Below, in pieces: positions 1 through 10,506 of a DNA stretch of 26,112 nt. The stretch comes from Elusimicrobiota bacterium (GTDB lineage Bacteria > Elusimicrobiota > UBA8919). The translations under genes and the position numbers were made by a program. How positions within the stretch are numbered: position 1 is the stretch's first letter; each line of letters opens with the position of its first letter. The stretch is taken from assembly GCA_043816185.1 (NCBI GenBank), contig JBDRIG010000067.1, positions 1-26,112 on the forward strand, written 5' to 3'. The notes under the pieces are model-generated. The model did not search any database and was not told the DNA's origin. It worked only from the letters and a program-made list of their open reading frames with translations.

Positions 1-1
1 T

Positions 2-3000
2 ACACAGAAATCTTCCCAAGACAGCCCCCTCTGTTATAATGCCCACTGGGAGAATATAGCTCAATCAACATCAACATCACCAACCAGAGTTCTAAAACCT
101 GAAACAGATAAAGAAAGAAATCTCAAACCAGTAACCGACAAAGACGATGCCACAGTAATAATAGAGTTCAGTAAAAAAGTGAAAGATGTAAAAGTATCTG
201 TTGGTTCTGTTTTACTTGAGGGAAAATTAGCACAAGATTCAAAATCTTGGACAGGTAAATTAACAGCAGAAAATATGAGAGTCACTGGTTATGGTAACAA
301 GAGTTTAATCATAGAAGCAAAAGATTTGATTGATCAAGAGTTAGACGGTAATCCTCAAACGGTTGCAAGATGTAATCCCGACACATGCAAGAAGGAGGGT
401 TACGAACAAAGTGCTGATACCATTCACAGCTTCACAATAAACCCTGCACCATTCAGTGTAACAGTAACTCCACCAATGCAAACCATACCAAAAGGAAAAA
501 CAAAGGAACACACTATAACAATAACAAATATGTCTAAATTGGAAGATACATTCAAGGTAAGCACAATCAGTGATGGCACTCCTGGTTGGAGTGTTAGTGG
601 AGCAAGTAAGAACAATGTAAAAGTAGCTGGAAATGGCGGTACGGAGACAGGCGGTACCGAGAATGTAACTTTCAAAGTAACAAACAGTAATGCAATAGCA
701 AACATAAAGATAAGAGTATCGGTGACAGCACGTGGAATGACCAAAATAGCAGAGAATCTTGGAACAGATGCTGATGGATGGGTGAGTGATATGCCTGACG
801 ACACATATTCAATATCATCGCCAGTATATCCAGGTAAATGGTTGTATGATAGTGAATCTAAAATAGGATTACTATCTAATGGCTGGACGTTGGGATTAGG
901 ATATTTTCTTGGCAATAAATCTATTGCAACTTGTGTAGTGAGTGAGGATTTAACAATACTAAATGAACCAGAAAGAACGATAAATGATTTGAAACTACTG
1001 ATCATTGGCTCAGCAGGGCTAATAGGATTGGACACTTCACCGTCATTCAAACAAAAGTTAGCAGATTATGTAGCACAAGGTGGCACAGTAATATGTTTTA
1101 CTCAACAACATGGATATGAATTTAGTGCTCTTCCCGTACCCAACATCTCAACAACTACGCCGAACACCCAAACAACCACACCGAACATCTCAGGTTACGG
1201 CTGGAGCGAGGATCAAAATTGCCAATCGAATAGTATGTATATAAATGAGATATCGGCGATATTCAACGGACAACGGAGAACAGATTTGGATGTGGCGGTA
1301 GATGGATATTTTACAAACTGGCCTCAAGATGCGAAGGTGCTTTTAAGACGAACTAAAAACAATATGCCAGCAATGATAGAGTATGATTATTGGCAGGGAC
1401 AGGGCGGTGCGGCTGGCGAAGGCGACGGCGGTGCGGCTGGCGAGGGTGAAGGCGGTGCGGGAGCGGGTGAAACAAAGCATGGCAAAATAATAGCCACCAC
1501 GCTTTATACAGATTGGCGATACGGTGCGGGCGGGCTGACGGGGGACGAAAATATACTTATTGAAAATATGATCAAATATGCACTTGCTCCAACAACACCA
1601 GCGACACAATGTTTGGTACGTTCTCAACCATCATCGGATTTAAGTTTTTCAGTACAAAGTTCTGGTGATGTGTTGTTGGACGGACAAGATGCGATATTTA
1701 CGATACTTATAAATAACCCAACGAGTACCAACAGAACCATACGAATAGAACGCGATTGGACACACGTAGATAGTTGTAGAATTGGTGTATATACAGTGCC
1801 AGCAAATTCACTTTTAACAATACCATATACAGTAAAAAATGTTCGTGATATATATTGTACAAATATGTGGCGACTTTGGGTATATTTTTACGATGAGCAT
1901 AATAGTTGCATCATTAGATCTATTGGTGGTGATATATCTGCAGCAAATTGTAAAATGAAGGTAACAACAGATAAGAGCGAATACCGTTATAATGATCAAG
2001 TAAAAATAGATACAGAATTAACAAACCTAAATAATGTAAATTATAAAGCAGTAGTAACCGTAAAAATAACAGATTCAAAAAACAATATGGTATTTAGTTC
2101 ATCTCAAACAATTGTAATTACGACGACAACATATAATCAAACGTTTTATCTTACAATGCCAAATACGGTAATTGCAGGATCATATTTAGTAAATTATGAG
2201 GTAAACAACCGTGGAGAAAAAATAGGTGCTGGTTCAGCATATTTTAATATTCTAGAGACTAAATTGTTAACCAAATTGGAAACAATGCCTGTAGCATTTA
2301 ATGTCGATAATAATCCAATTACATTTAATATATCAAATACAGGAGTAACGAGTGTACTATCAACAAGTTTAACTACAACCCTTATTAATCCTGAAGGTAT
2401 TGAAATATACACAGACAGTAAGAATTTTGAATTTATTGATGTAGGGCAGAATATTAGGACTGATTTTAATGTTCCAATAAATGAAACAAGAGTTGGAATA
2501 TATAAATTAAAATATGTTACCAAATATGATAATGAAAAAATTATTGGCGAGTTACTTATTCCTTGTTCAGTTACAGCAGATTTAACTTTTGACCAGACAG
2601 AATATTATAAAAGGGATAGTATGAATTTATGTTTGAAGTTGATAAATAATGGTAGGATTTCAATTAATCCACTAATAGTTGCAATATCTATTCCCGATGC
2701 TAATTTTAGTAGTACTCAAACTGTTTCATTGGCTGCCAATGAAAGCAAAATTGTGACAAGTAGTTTAATTTTGCCTAGTACAATCACTCAAGGACAACAT
2801 AATGTAGAAGTAAAATTATCATTAGCAAACTCATTAATAAAGACCTACTATTTTACCGTACCAGATCCAAAAATTAGTATTAGTTTGGATAAATTAAAAT
2901 ATGGCACTAGTGAAATATGTAAAGTAGTCTTAGCCAATCTTAGTAGACCAGAAATACAATTTAACTACACCATGAATATCAAAGGGCAGGACGGTACTGT

Positions 3001-6000
3001 ATATTATGAAAAATCTGGCTTAACCGACGCTATTCAACCTTATAGTAAAAGTAATATTGATTTTAGTATACCAGAGAATTTAACAACTGGCTGGTATCGT
3101 TTTTCTGTAGTATATAACGAATTAGGAAGTGAGAAAAAAGGTTTTTGTGAAAAATACATCGAAGTAAATAGTTTACAAACAACACTTGATGTTACTACTA
3201 ATAAAAATGTGTATAATATTGACGACAATGTAAAAATAAAGACGGACATTACCAATTCAGGTAGGAAAATAGACAATGCCAATTTGAATATTAAGGTATA
3301 CAGCAATAATGTTGGGTGGACGACATACGCAGATATTGATTGTGTTTCATCAATGGCACAAGACGGTAATTATGTTTGGTTTGGCAGTGGTTTGCATAGT
3401 GGTGGCAAGGGAATATACAAATATAATAAAGTGAACGATAACTGGCAGATATATACCACAACCAATAGCGGACTGGTAAATAATAATATTAGTTCGCTAT
3501 CAGTAGACGGTAATTATCTCTGGATTGGCACATTCAATGGTATAAGTAGATACGATAAAACAAATGATACTTGGCAGACATATAATACAACCACAACATC
3601 TAATGGATTAGCAGGCGACGATATTATTTCAATAGCCATAGACGGTGATTATGTTTGGTTTGGAGTTTGGAACGGTGGTGTAAGCAGATACGATAAAATA
3701 AACGATACTTGGCAGACGTATAATGCAATCAACAGTGGTATAGTTGTTGATGGCGTATTTTCAATAATCGTAGACGGTAATTATGTTTGGTTTGGCGGCA
3801 GCGGTGGTGGTGGAGATAATTGTGGTAGCAATGGTGTAAGCAGATACGATAAAATAAACGACACTTGGCAGACGTATAATGCAGAAAATAGTGGAATAGC
3901 GGGTAACAGCATTACATCGCTATCAGTAGACGGTAATTATATTTGGTTTGGCACTCGTGGGTATGGTGCAAGTAGATATGATAAAGCAAACGATGCCTGG
4001 CAAACATACAATACAGAAAATAGTGGAATAGCGGGTAACAACATTACATCGCTATCAGTAGACGGTAATTATGTTTGGTTTGGCAGTGAATCTAGTTGGG
4101 GTGGAGGCGGTGGCAATAATGGTGTAAGCAAATACGATAAAATAAACGATACTTGGCAAACATACAATGCAGAAAATAGTGGACTACCAGCCAATAGTGT
4201 TTTCTCAATAATGGCAGACGGAGAAAAATATGTTTGGTTTGGTACATATAGTGGTGGAGTAAGCAGATATGACAAAACAACGGAGTGGAAAACATTTCAT
4301 ACATTGTTAGACCGGGGTGTTGTATCAATAGCAGTAGATGGCGACAACGTTTGGTTTAGTGGTGATTGGTTTAGCAGTAAGTCATCGCCATCGGGTGGTA
4401 TGTGCAAGTACGATAAAATAAACGACACTTGGCGATCTTATACTACATCTGATACTGGCACAACAAGTAGCAATATTACATCGATGGCAATAGACGGTGA
4501 TTATATTTGGTTTGGCAGCGGGCGTTGGGATGATACTAATGGTATATATAGATACAATAAAACAAACAACACTTGGAAAACATACAATACAGCCAACAGT
4601 GGGCTAACAAACAACATTGTTACATCGGTAGCGGTGGATGGCGATTATATTTGGTTTAGTGGCGAATCTGATGTGGATGGTAATGGTGGCGGTGTATATA
4701 GATATAATAAAATAAACGACACTTGGCAAATATACAATACAACCAATAGTGGGTTGGTAAGCAATAATATTAATTCACTATCAATAGACGATAACTACCT
4801 CTGGGTCGGAACTCGATGCAATGGCGTAAGTAGATATAATAAAATAAATGATACTTGGCAAACATACAATACAGAAAATAGTGGAATAGCGAATAACAAT
4901 ATTACATCAATATTGATAGACGGCGATTGTGTTTGGTTTGGTAGTTCTAATTGGGGCAGTAGTGGCGTAAGCAGATACAATAAATCAAGTAATACTTGGC
5001 AGACGTATAACACAACCAATAGTGGGTTGGTAGGCAATGATATTAATTCACTATCGGCAGACGATAATTATCTTTGGATCGGGACTTACGATGGCGTGAG
5101 CAGATATAATAAAATAAACAACACTTGGCAAACATATATTATACCCAACACTGGTATAATGAACAATTCTATTACATCGCTATTAGTGGACGATGATTAT
5201 GTTTGGTTTGGAGGAAGTGCTGGTGATATAAGTAGACTGCAAAGCAAAAAATGCGTCTGGGCAAAGAAGACACCGGTAAATATAACAAATTTTGCGAGCA
5301 TAGATACAGATATTAGACAATTAAATGAGACGGGTAAATTTAGTATTCAATCTAGACTCATATCGAGTTTGGGTCAGGTAATCGCCGAAGATAGAAATAG
5401 TTTTTACATTACAAATTCAGATATTTATTTGACTTTTAAGACGGACAAAAACGCATACTATCCAGGCGAGCAAATAAATATAACGGGAGAAGTGGTAAAC
5501 AATACAGAACTACTCGACGAAAATAATCTTACGCTAACACTTACCAAAAATGGCAATCCAGTTTTCACCGAGATATTCGACTTGCAGGCAGGTTCCTCCA
5601 AAACTTTCACTACTCAAGTGGTTGCAGATGGTTCCTTTACATTAGAGGGTAAAATAAAAGATATGGTAATAAAAGATTATATTTTAGTAGAATCGCCTAA
5701 AGTAAATATGTCCTTTACTGGTCCAGATATTGTTAATTATGCTGAGCCATTTACTCTCTCAACTTTTTTGGAAAATAAAGGTTATCGACCTATCAATGTG
5801 TCGGTTAATTTTACCAATAATATTTCAACCATTACACTAAAAGGCGGTGAATCAAAAGTTATTCAGAGTACTTTTAGCATAACTAACGATACTATTTTCA
5901 GCGTAGTTTTAACTGGCGATGTTAAAAAAACAACTCAGAAATTGGTTAAGTTGGGCGTGGTTCCAAGTATTGCATTATTGCCAGACCCCATTTATCCAGA

Positions 6001-9000
6001 GGGAACAGTAGAAGTGCCGTTTACTGTCGGTAACACAGGTAGTATGAACTTAATTATGAGCATTGATTTTAATATCAACGGTACGACGATAACAAAGGTA
6101 TGTACGGTTTGTGCCAATTCCAATATATCAAATAGTCTGGTATTGGAAAATTTGGTAGCAGGTGAGCATATGCTAAATTATAAATCAAATTTAATTTCTG
6201 GGAGTGCGTTGGTAAAAGTGGGAAAATATAATATTGTTGCCATAACAAGTATGGAGATTGGTGAAAAAACTGAAAACAAAATACCCATTTTGGTTGATAT
6301 AAAAAATACAGGTAGTAATGATTTTACTGGTATGATTAGTTTGGATACGGATTTTTACCGTGTAGAAGAAGAAATAACGCTTGCGACATCGCAAGAAAAA
6401 CAATTGATATTAAATATTCCTTTTGTAGATAATGTTTCAGCTGGAACATATAAAACGACGGTAGAAATATCATACAATGATGATGTCATTTGTAGAAAAA
6501 GAAAAAATATTGTGTTGGATTCGAAGTTTTGTATAACAAATGTGGATACTGCTTCTACATACATCATTGGCAATATAGGCAGTGTAACTGTGAGGGTAAA
6601 AAACACGGGACCAGCACAAGGATTTTGTGATGTACGACTGAATATAGGCGATATAATCAATCAAAACAAACGTTTATACTTAGAATTAGATGAGGAGAAA
6701 GAAATACCTTTTAATTTTACTATTCCCGATGATTTAGAAGAGAAAGATTATGTATGCTCCATAAGTGTATTAAGCGAAAATGATACAAAACTCGATGATG
6801 CGAAACTTGACAATACGAAACTTGTGGAAAAAATAATCCCTATACATATCCATGGTTATAAATTGGATTCCGTCGCCACGTTCGATAAATTGTTGTACAA
6901 TAGTGTGGAGACGGCACAATTAACGCTTGATGTGTTCAGCAAAAATGCGCTTGCGCCAAAAGTATTTTTACAGATTATTTGTGATACATTTACTATCACT
7001 ACCGATACGTTTACAATAACCACCGAGCATACAGTGTTGCAATTTAATATACCAGTACCCAACGAAGATTTTGTAAGTAAAAAAGTATTCTGGGGTTTTT
7101 ATTTGGAAACAGGTAGAGCATTATATTTGTCGACCATTTATATGAATCAAAAACAAAAAGAAATATCATACTACCTTGATAAACAAATATACAATGTCGG
7201 CGAGCAGGTTATCGCTACAATTACTCCCAATACAACGGGCGAATTTTTAATTACTGCGCCTGCATATAGCCAAAGTTTAATTCTAACAACTACCGATCAA
7301 TTCAACATTACATTTAATTTACCGTCGGCTATGAAGTCCGGAACATATTATGTGAATAGTAGTTTTGTGCCCGCTTCGCAACCTCAAACTAAGATTGATA
7401 CAGAGTATCCGTTTGATGTCGTTGGCTGTTCGGTAAAGATAAAAGAATGTGTGCTGGATAAGACAACATATATCCAAAAACAACCGTTCAAAATAAAATT
7501 CAAACTCGAATCAACAAGTGTTCTCAATAATATTCTTTTTAAAGGATGGCTAAAATGTAATCAGGAATATCGAGAATGTGTTAGCACATACACGAATATT
7601 GTCGGTGGGGAAAATATTTATGAATTCACGGGGAGTATACCTGCTGAAGCACAGAATAACGTTCAACTTATTTATGGGTATTACTTAGATGGCGAGGATG
7701 GAATACTTCTTGCTAGCGGCGGACGAACTTTTGTTGTTGAACCGTTAATAATTATTCCGCTTACGACTAAAATGCTAAATCCCAAAAACAAAAAAATTAT
7801 AAATAATATCACAACCATTTCCAATAATATAACAAGCAGCACCGAAGTAACAAAAATTGAATTTTATATAGACAATAATTTAGGTACAACTTTGGATGAT
7901 CTATACGAACTGCAAACAACATATTACTGGGAACTTAATACAAGAACTATTCCAGATGGTGTGCACACAATTAAAACAATAGTAAACAACAAGGCATTTG
8001 AATCTGCTTATGACCAGATAGAAGTTATTATCGATAACACCAAACCAACAATAATGGCAAACATAGGTAAAACGGTTGGAGAGCGATATGTGAGTAATCT
8101 AAGTGCAAAAACAATAAACTATACGACAACAGATAATCTTGATCCTGCGGCAGTTTGTAATGCGTATTTAACCAATTTGGAAAAAGGAACAAAAGTTCCA
8201 GTAGTCGATGGGGCAAAAATTGATTCCGTCGACGATGGTTTTTGGACGCTAACGGTTGAAGCGACTGATTGGGCTGGCAATTATCTATCGTTTACAACAG
8301 CAAAATTCGAAGTCACTACATTAGACATGAAGTTGTCCAAAATAACCCCAGCCCGTGGCTATAATAATAGAGCGTTAAATGTAATAAGTATTTTTGGGTC
8401 AGGATTTATTAACGGCTGTCAGATAAGATTGGTCAAATTAGGGCAGGCAGATATTATTGGTAGTAATACCGTCATTACAAACTCAGGACAGATTGGTTGT
8501 GGTTTTGATTTAACTGGGAAGATGACGGGTTTGTGGGATGTTATTATTGAAACTGGTTCTGTAAACAGCGTACTTAAAAACGGATTTGAAATAAGGTTGC
8601 CAGTGTCAGTAACTCAATTTATTAATTCGAGGGAAAATGCAAAAATAATTTTGCAAAACGAGATATTGTATGCGGGAGTAGAAATTCTTGCGGATACATT
8701 TGCCGATGCAGTAAACATGACAATATCAACTACGACAGTGTCATCGCCAGATCATCCAACAATAAAAACCGTTGACACAATAACGCCAATAGAAATAACA
8801 AACGACAAGGGTTATCAGCCATCAAAAGAAATAACAATAACAATGATATTTGACAGCGGTGGTGTGGTTGGTTTTGACAAATCAAAATTTGTAATAGGCA
8901 GGTATGATGAAATCAACGAACGATGGGTTGCGTTGTCATCGATACTATATTCGAGCGAAAACAAGATTGTTAGTAAAACAAATCATTTGTCAAAATTTGC

Positions 9001-9295
9001 AATTTTGCAACTTGTTCCTGCTACCAATTTATCGTCGGTAAAAGCGTATCCTAATCCATATAAGCCCAAACAGCATCCAAATATTACCATCGACAATCTT
9101 ACTGAAACTGCGGATATAAATATATACACGATTGCTGGTGAACTCGTAAAAAAACTTGATTATTCTTCGAAAGACGGTAGGATAATCTGGGACGGTAAAA
9201 ACGATAGTGGCTATGATGTAGCAAGTGGAATATATTTTGTGTTGATAAACAGTTCAGAGGGTAAAAAGGTTGTAAAGTTAGCAGTCGTGCGATAA
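2..9295 (+). CDS. Giant multidomain secreted/surface protein (5' partial, >3,097 aa): class I GATase-like domain, Ig-like modules, 14 beta-propeller repeats, IPT/TIG-like and ZU5-like domains, C-terminal T9SS type A/FlgD-like sorting domain
   Basis: The frame is open from base 2 (TQKSSQDSPLCYNAHW...), so the GTG at 179 is probably not the true start. Repeated DGNYVWFG...GVSRYDK motifs at 3311-5240. C-terminus reads VKAYPNPY...INIYTIAGELVK...WDGKNDSG..VASGIYF...KLAVVR. Domain names come from motif recognition only. Confidence 0.85.
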   Translation, partial: TQKSSQDSPLCYNAHWENIAQSTSTSPTRVLKPETDKERNLKPVTDKDDATVIIEFSKKVKDVKVSVGSVLLEGKLAQDSKSWTGKLTAENMRVTGYGNKSLIIEAKDLIDQELDGNPQTVARCNPDTCKKEGYEQSADTIHSFTINPAPFSVTVTPPMQTIPKGKTKEHTITITNMSKLEDTFKVSTISDGTPGWSVSGASKNNVKVAGNGGTETGGTENVTFKVTNSNAIANIKIRVSVTARGMTKIAENLGTDADGWVSDMPDDTYSISSPVYPGKWLYDSESKIGLLSNGWTLGLGYFLGNKSIATCVVSEDLTILNEPERTINDLKLLIIGSAGLIGLDTSPSFKQKLADYVAQGGTVICFTQQHGYEFSALPVPNISTTTPNTQTTTPNISGYGWSEDQNCQSNSMYINEISAIFNGQRRTDLDVAVDGYFTNWPQDAKVLLRRTKNNMPAMIEYDYWQGQGGAAGEGDGGAAGEGEGGAGAGETKHGKIIATTLYTDWRYGAGGLTGDENILIENMIKYALAPTTPATQCLVRSQPSSDLSFSVQSSGDVLLDGQDAIFTILINNPTSTNRTIRIERDWTHVDSCRIGVYTVPANSLLTIPYTVKNVRDIYCTNMWRLWVYFYDEHNSCIIRSIGGDISAANCKMKVTTDKSEYRYNDQVKIDTELTNLNNVNYKAVVTVKITDSKNNMVFSSSQTIVITTTTYNQTFYLTMPNTVIAGSYLVNYEVNNRGEKIGAGSAYFNILETKLLTKLETMPVAFNVDNNPITFNISNTGVTSVLSTSLTTTLINPEGIEIYTDSKNFEFIDVGQNIRTDFNVPINETRVGIYKLKYVTKYDNEKIIGELLIPCSVTADLTFDQTEYYKRDSMNLCLKLINNGRISINPLIVAISIPDANFSSTQTVSLAANESKIVTSSLILPSTITQGQHNVEVKLSLANSLIKTYYFTVPDPKISISLDKLKYGTSEICKVVLANLSRPEIQFNYTMNIKGQDGTVYYEKSGLTDAIQPYSKSNIDFSIPENLTTGWYRFSVVYNELGSEKKGFCEKYIEVNSLQTTLDVTTNKNVYNIDDNVKIKTDITNSGRKIDNANLNIKVYSNNVGWTTYADIDCVSSMAQDGNYVWFGSGLHSGGKGIYKYNKVNDNWQIYTTTNSGLVNNNISSLSVDGNYLWIGTFNGISRYDKTNDTWQTYNTTTTSNGLAGDDIISIAIDGDYVWFGVWNGGVSRYDKINDTWQTYNAINSGIVVDGVFSIIVDGNYVWFGGSGGGGDNCGSNGVSRYDKINDTWQTYNAENSGIAGNSITSLSVDGNYIWFGTRGYGASRYDKANDAWQTYNTENSGIAGNNITSLSVDGNYVWFGSESSWGGGGGNNGVSKYDKINDTWQTYNAENSGLPANSVFSIMADGEKYVWFGTYSGGVSRYDKTTEWKTFHTLLDRGVVSIAVDGDNVWFSGDWFSSKSSPSGGMCKYDKINDTWRSYTTSDTGTTSSNITSMAIDGDYIWFGSGRWDDTNGIYRYNKTNNTWKTYNTANSGLTNNIVTSVAVDGDYIWFSGESDVDGNGGGVYRYNKINDTWQIYNTTNSGLVSNNINSLSIDDNYLWVGTRCNGVSRYNKINDTWQTYNTENSGIANNNITSILIDGDCVWFGSSNWGSSGVSRYNKSSNTWQTYNTTNSGLVGNDINSLSADDNYLWIGTYDGVSRYNKINNTWQTYIIPNTGIMNNSITSLLVDDDYVWFGGSAGDISRLQSKKCVWAKKTPVNITNFASIDTDIRQLNETGKFSIQSRLISSLGQVIAEDRNSFYITNSDIYLTFKTDKNAYYPGEQINITGEVVNNTELLDENNLTLTLTKNGNPVFTEIFDLQAGSSKTFTTQVVADGSFTLEGKIKDMVIKDYILVESPKVNMSFTGPDIVNYAEPFTLSTFLENKGYRPINVSVNFTNNISTITLKGGESKVIQSTFSITNDTIFSVVLTGDVKKTTQKLVKLGVVPSIALLPDPIYPEGTVEVPFTVGNTGSMNLIMSIDFNINGTTITKVCTVCANSNISNSLVLENLVAGEHMLNYKSNLISGSALVKVGKYNIVAITSMEIGEKTENKIPILVDIKNTGSNDFTGMISLDTDFYRVEEEITLATSQEKQLILNIPFVDNVSAGTYKTTVEISYNDDVICRKRKNIVLDSKFCITNVDTASTYIIGNIGSVTVRVKNTGPAQGFCDVRLNIGDIINQNKRLYLELDEEKEIPFNFTIPDDLEEKDYVCSISVLSENDTKLDDAKLDNTKLVEKIIPIHIHGYKLDSVATFDKLLYNSVETAQLTLDVFSKNALAPKVFLQIICDTFTITTDTFTITTEHTVLQFNIPVPNEDFVSKKVFWGFYLETGRALYLSTIYMNQKQKEISYYLDKQIYNVGEQVIATITPNTTGEFLITAPAYSQSLILTTTDQFNITFNLPSAMKSGTYYVNSSFVPASQPQTKIDTEYPFDVVGCSVKIKECVLDKTTYIQKQPFKIKFKLESTSVLNNILFKGWLKCNQEYRECVSTYTNIVGGENIYEFTGSIPAEAQNNVQLIYGYYLDGEDGILLASGGRTFVVEPLIIIPLTTKMLNPKNKKIINNITTISNNITSSTEVTKIEFYIDNNLGTTLDDLYELQTTYYWELNTRTIPDGVHTIKTIVNNKAFESAYDQIEVIIDNTKPTIMANIGKTVGERYVSNLSAKTINYTTTDNLDPAAVCNAYLTNLEKGTKVPVVDGAKIDSVDDGFWTLTVEATDWAGNYLSFTTAKFEVTTLDMKLSKITPARGYNNRALNVISIFGSGFINGCQIRLVKLGQADIIGSNTVITNSGQIGCGFDLTGKMTGLWDVIIETGSVNSVLKNGFEIRLPVSVTQFINSRENAKIILQNEILYAGVEILADTFADAVNMTISTTTVSSPDHPTIKTVDTITPIEITNDKGYQPSKEITITMIFDSGGVVGFDKSKFVIGRYDEINERWVALSSILYSSENKIVSKTNHLSKFAILQLVPATNLSSVKAYPNPYKPKQHPNITIDNLTETADINIYTIAGELVKKLDYSSKDGRIIWDGKNDSGYDVASGIYFVLINSSEGKKVVKLAVVR
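1403..1471 (+). repeat. GC-rich in-frame 24-bp tandem repeat (about 2.9 copies) encoding GGAAGEG(D/E)
   Basis: GGCGGTGCGGCTGGCGAAGGCGAC / GGCGGTGCGGCTGGCGAGGGTGAA / GGCGGTGCGGGAGCGGGTGAA. Confidence 0.9.
3311..5240 (+). repeat. Intragenic array of 14 beta-propeller (Reg_prop-like) repeats of about 41-52 aa
   Basis: 14 D[GD]..[VIL]W[FIV][GS] motifs counted in the translation. Segments 3882-3953 and 4014-4085 are identical at 70 of 72 nt. Confidence 0.9.
9026..9292 (+). other. T9SS type A / FlgD-Ig-like C-terminal sorting domain
   Basis: YPNP, IYTIAGELV, WDG.N..G..VASG.Y and terminal K..V.R motifs. Confidence 0.8.
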
Positions 9296-9337
9296 ATGAA
9301 ATCATGAAAAGTCATTGTGAGAACTTTTGTCGTCATT

Positions 9338-9365
9338 GAGACTGTGTCACAATAGCAAAATGTGT
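9338..9365 (+). mobile_element. Solo MITE/IS-like terminal sequence GAGACTGTGTCACAAT plus 12 bp
   Basis: Matches 15415-15442 at 26 of 28 nt; preceded by GTCATT. Confidence 0.6.
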
Positions 9366-9367
9366 AC

Positions 9368-9408
9368 CATTGCGAGGGCGAATGAAATGAGCGAAGCGAA
9401 GCAATCTC
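9368..9408 (+). repeat. REP-like palindromic family copy (CATTGCGAG...GAAGCAATCTC), left arm only
   Basis: Closely similar to 18950-18991 (+) and 21030-21069 (-). Confidence 0.8.
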
Positions 9409-9450
9409 GATTTGTCACGTCCTGTGATTGTGCAAGTGTGCTATATAGCG

Positions 9451-9506
9451 AGAAACAAAATACAAATTACGAATTCTGAACCACGATTCACGAGATACAA
9501 AATCTG
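9451..9506 (+). repeat. Degenerate heptamer tandem array (8 units)
   Basis: agaaaca aaataca aattacg aattctg aaccacg attcacg agataca aaatctg. Confidence 0.6.
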
Positions 9507-9521
9507 GGGGAGGGTAAAAAT

Positions 9522-10367
9522 ATGGTAAAGATATTGAGTATCTTTTGTGTTAAAATTTTGACGGTTGCGTTGGTGGTTGTATTAGCGTTGTTGATGATGG
9601 ATATCTCTTCAAATTTGGTCTGGGCGACGATTGAATCGACGGTTGAATCACCGACCGAATCGGTGTCGGCGAAAGCAAAAGCAAAGGACAAAAAAGCAGA
9701 GCAGAACGATCGAGTAAAAGCGATATTTACGCTTGGCAAAAGTACATCAACATTAGAAGAAAACAGAATAACACTTGAAGAACTTCTCGAAAAAGATGAG
9801 AATAAATTTTGTCGTGAAGCATCTGCAATATCGTTAGGTAATTTGGGCGATAAAAAAGCAATGCCGAAACTTAAGCAAGCACTTAAAGATAAATCAGGCA
9901 ATGTCAGAATGCGTGCCGTGTGGGCATTAGCAAAGCTCGGTGATAAATCAGGAAAACAAATTGCACTTGAGACGATAAAAGGACAAGATGTGACAGCACA
10001 ATTACTTTCAGTTGATGCATTAGACGCAATCGGTGACAAAGATGTAATACCAGAACTAAAAAAGAATCTTGAAAGCAAAAATGTATGGACAAGAATACAC
10101 AGTAAATTAACAATAAAACGACTTGAAATTCAAGGATTGTCTGAACAAGAAAAATTAAATTTTCTTAAAGAGACACTTAAAGACGAGCAATTCGAGGTTA
10201 ATCAGTGGGCTGCGAAGGAATTGGCAAAAATAGGTACACCAGAAGCAATAACAATACTTAATGAGACGGCGAAAGATACAAAAATTGCAGGTAGTTATTC
10301 GGCGAAAAAGATTTTAATGAGATTGGAACAGGAACAGAAAAAACAAGTACAAGAGCAAGGAAAATAA
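9522..10367 (+). CDS. Exported or membrane-anchored HEAT-repeat (PBS lyase-like) protein
   Basis: Hydrophobic N-terminus. Repeats such as REASAISLGNLGDKKAMPKLKQALKD and VRMRAVWALAKLGD. GGGGAGGG Shine-Dalgarno-like site upstream. Confidence 0.85.
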   Translation: MVKILSIFCVKILTVALVVVLALLMMDISSNLVWATIESTVESPTESVSAKAKAKDKKAEQNDRVKAIFTLGKSTSTLEENRITLEELLEKDENKFCREASAISLGNLGDKKAMPKLKQALKDKSGNVRMRAVWALAKLGDKSGKQIALETIKGQDVTAQLLSVDALDAIGDKDVIPELKKNLESKNVWTRIHSKLTIKRLEIQGLSEQEKLNFLKETLKDEQFEVNQWAAKELAKIGTPEAITILNETAKDTKIAGSYSAKKILMRLEQEQKKQVQEQGK

Positions 10368-10506
10368 GTGCGAATGTCAAAAACCCTTGCAGTCTTGTAT
10401 GAAATCCAATTGTTCAGTAGGAACAAAATATCGGTAGAAAAAAACCACAGACAAATCAAAAATTCCGTTAGGAATGACATATTGGTAGACCGGTGTCTCG
10501 AACTTC

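Noticed and set aside
3311..5240. Diversity-generating retroelement template/variable repeat pair
   Set aside because: Differences between repeats are not confined to adenines of one copy, all copies are in-frame coding blades, and no reverse transcriptase is present in the window
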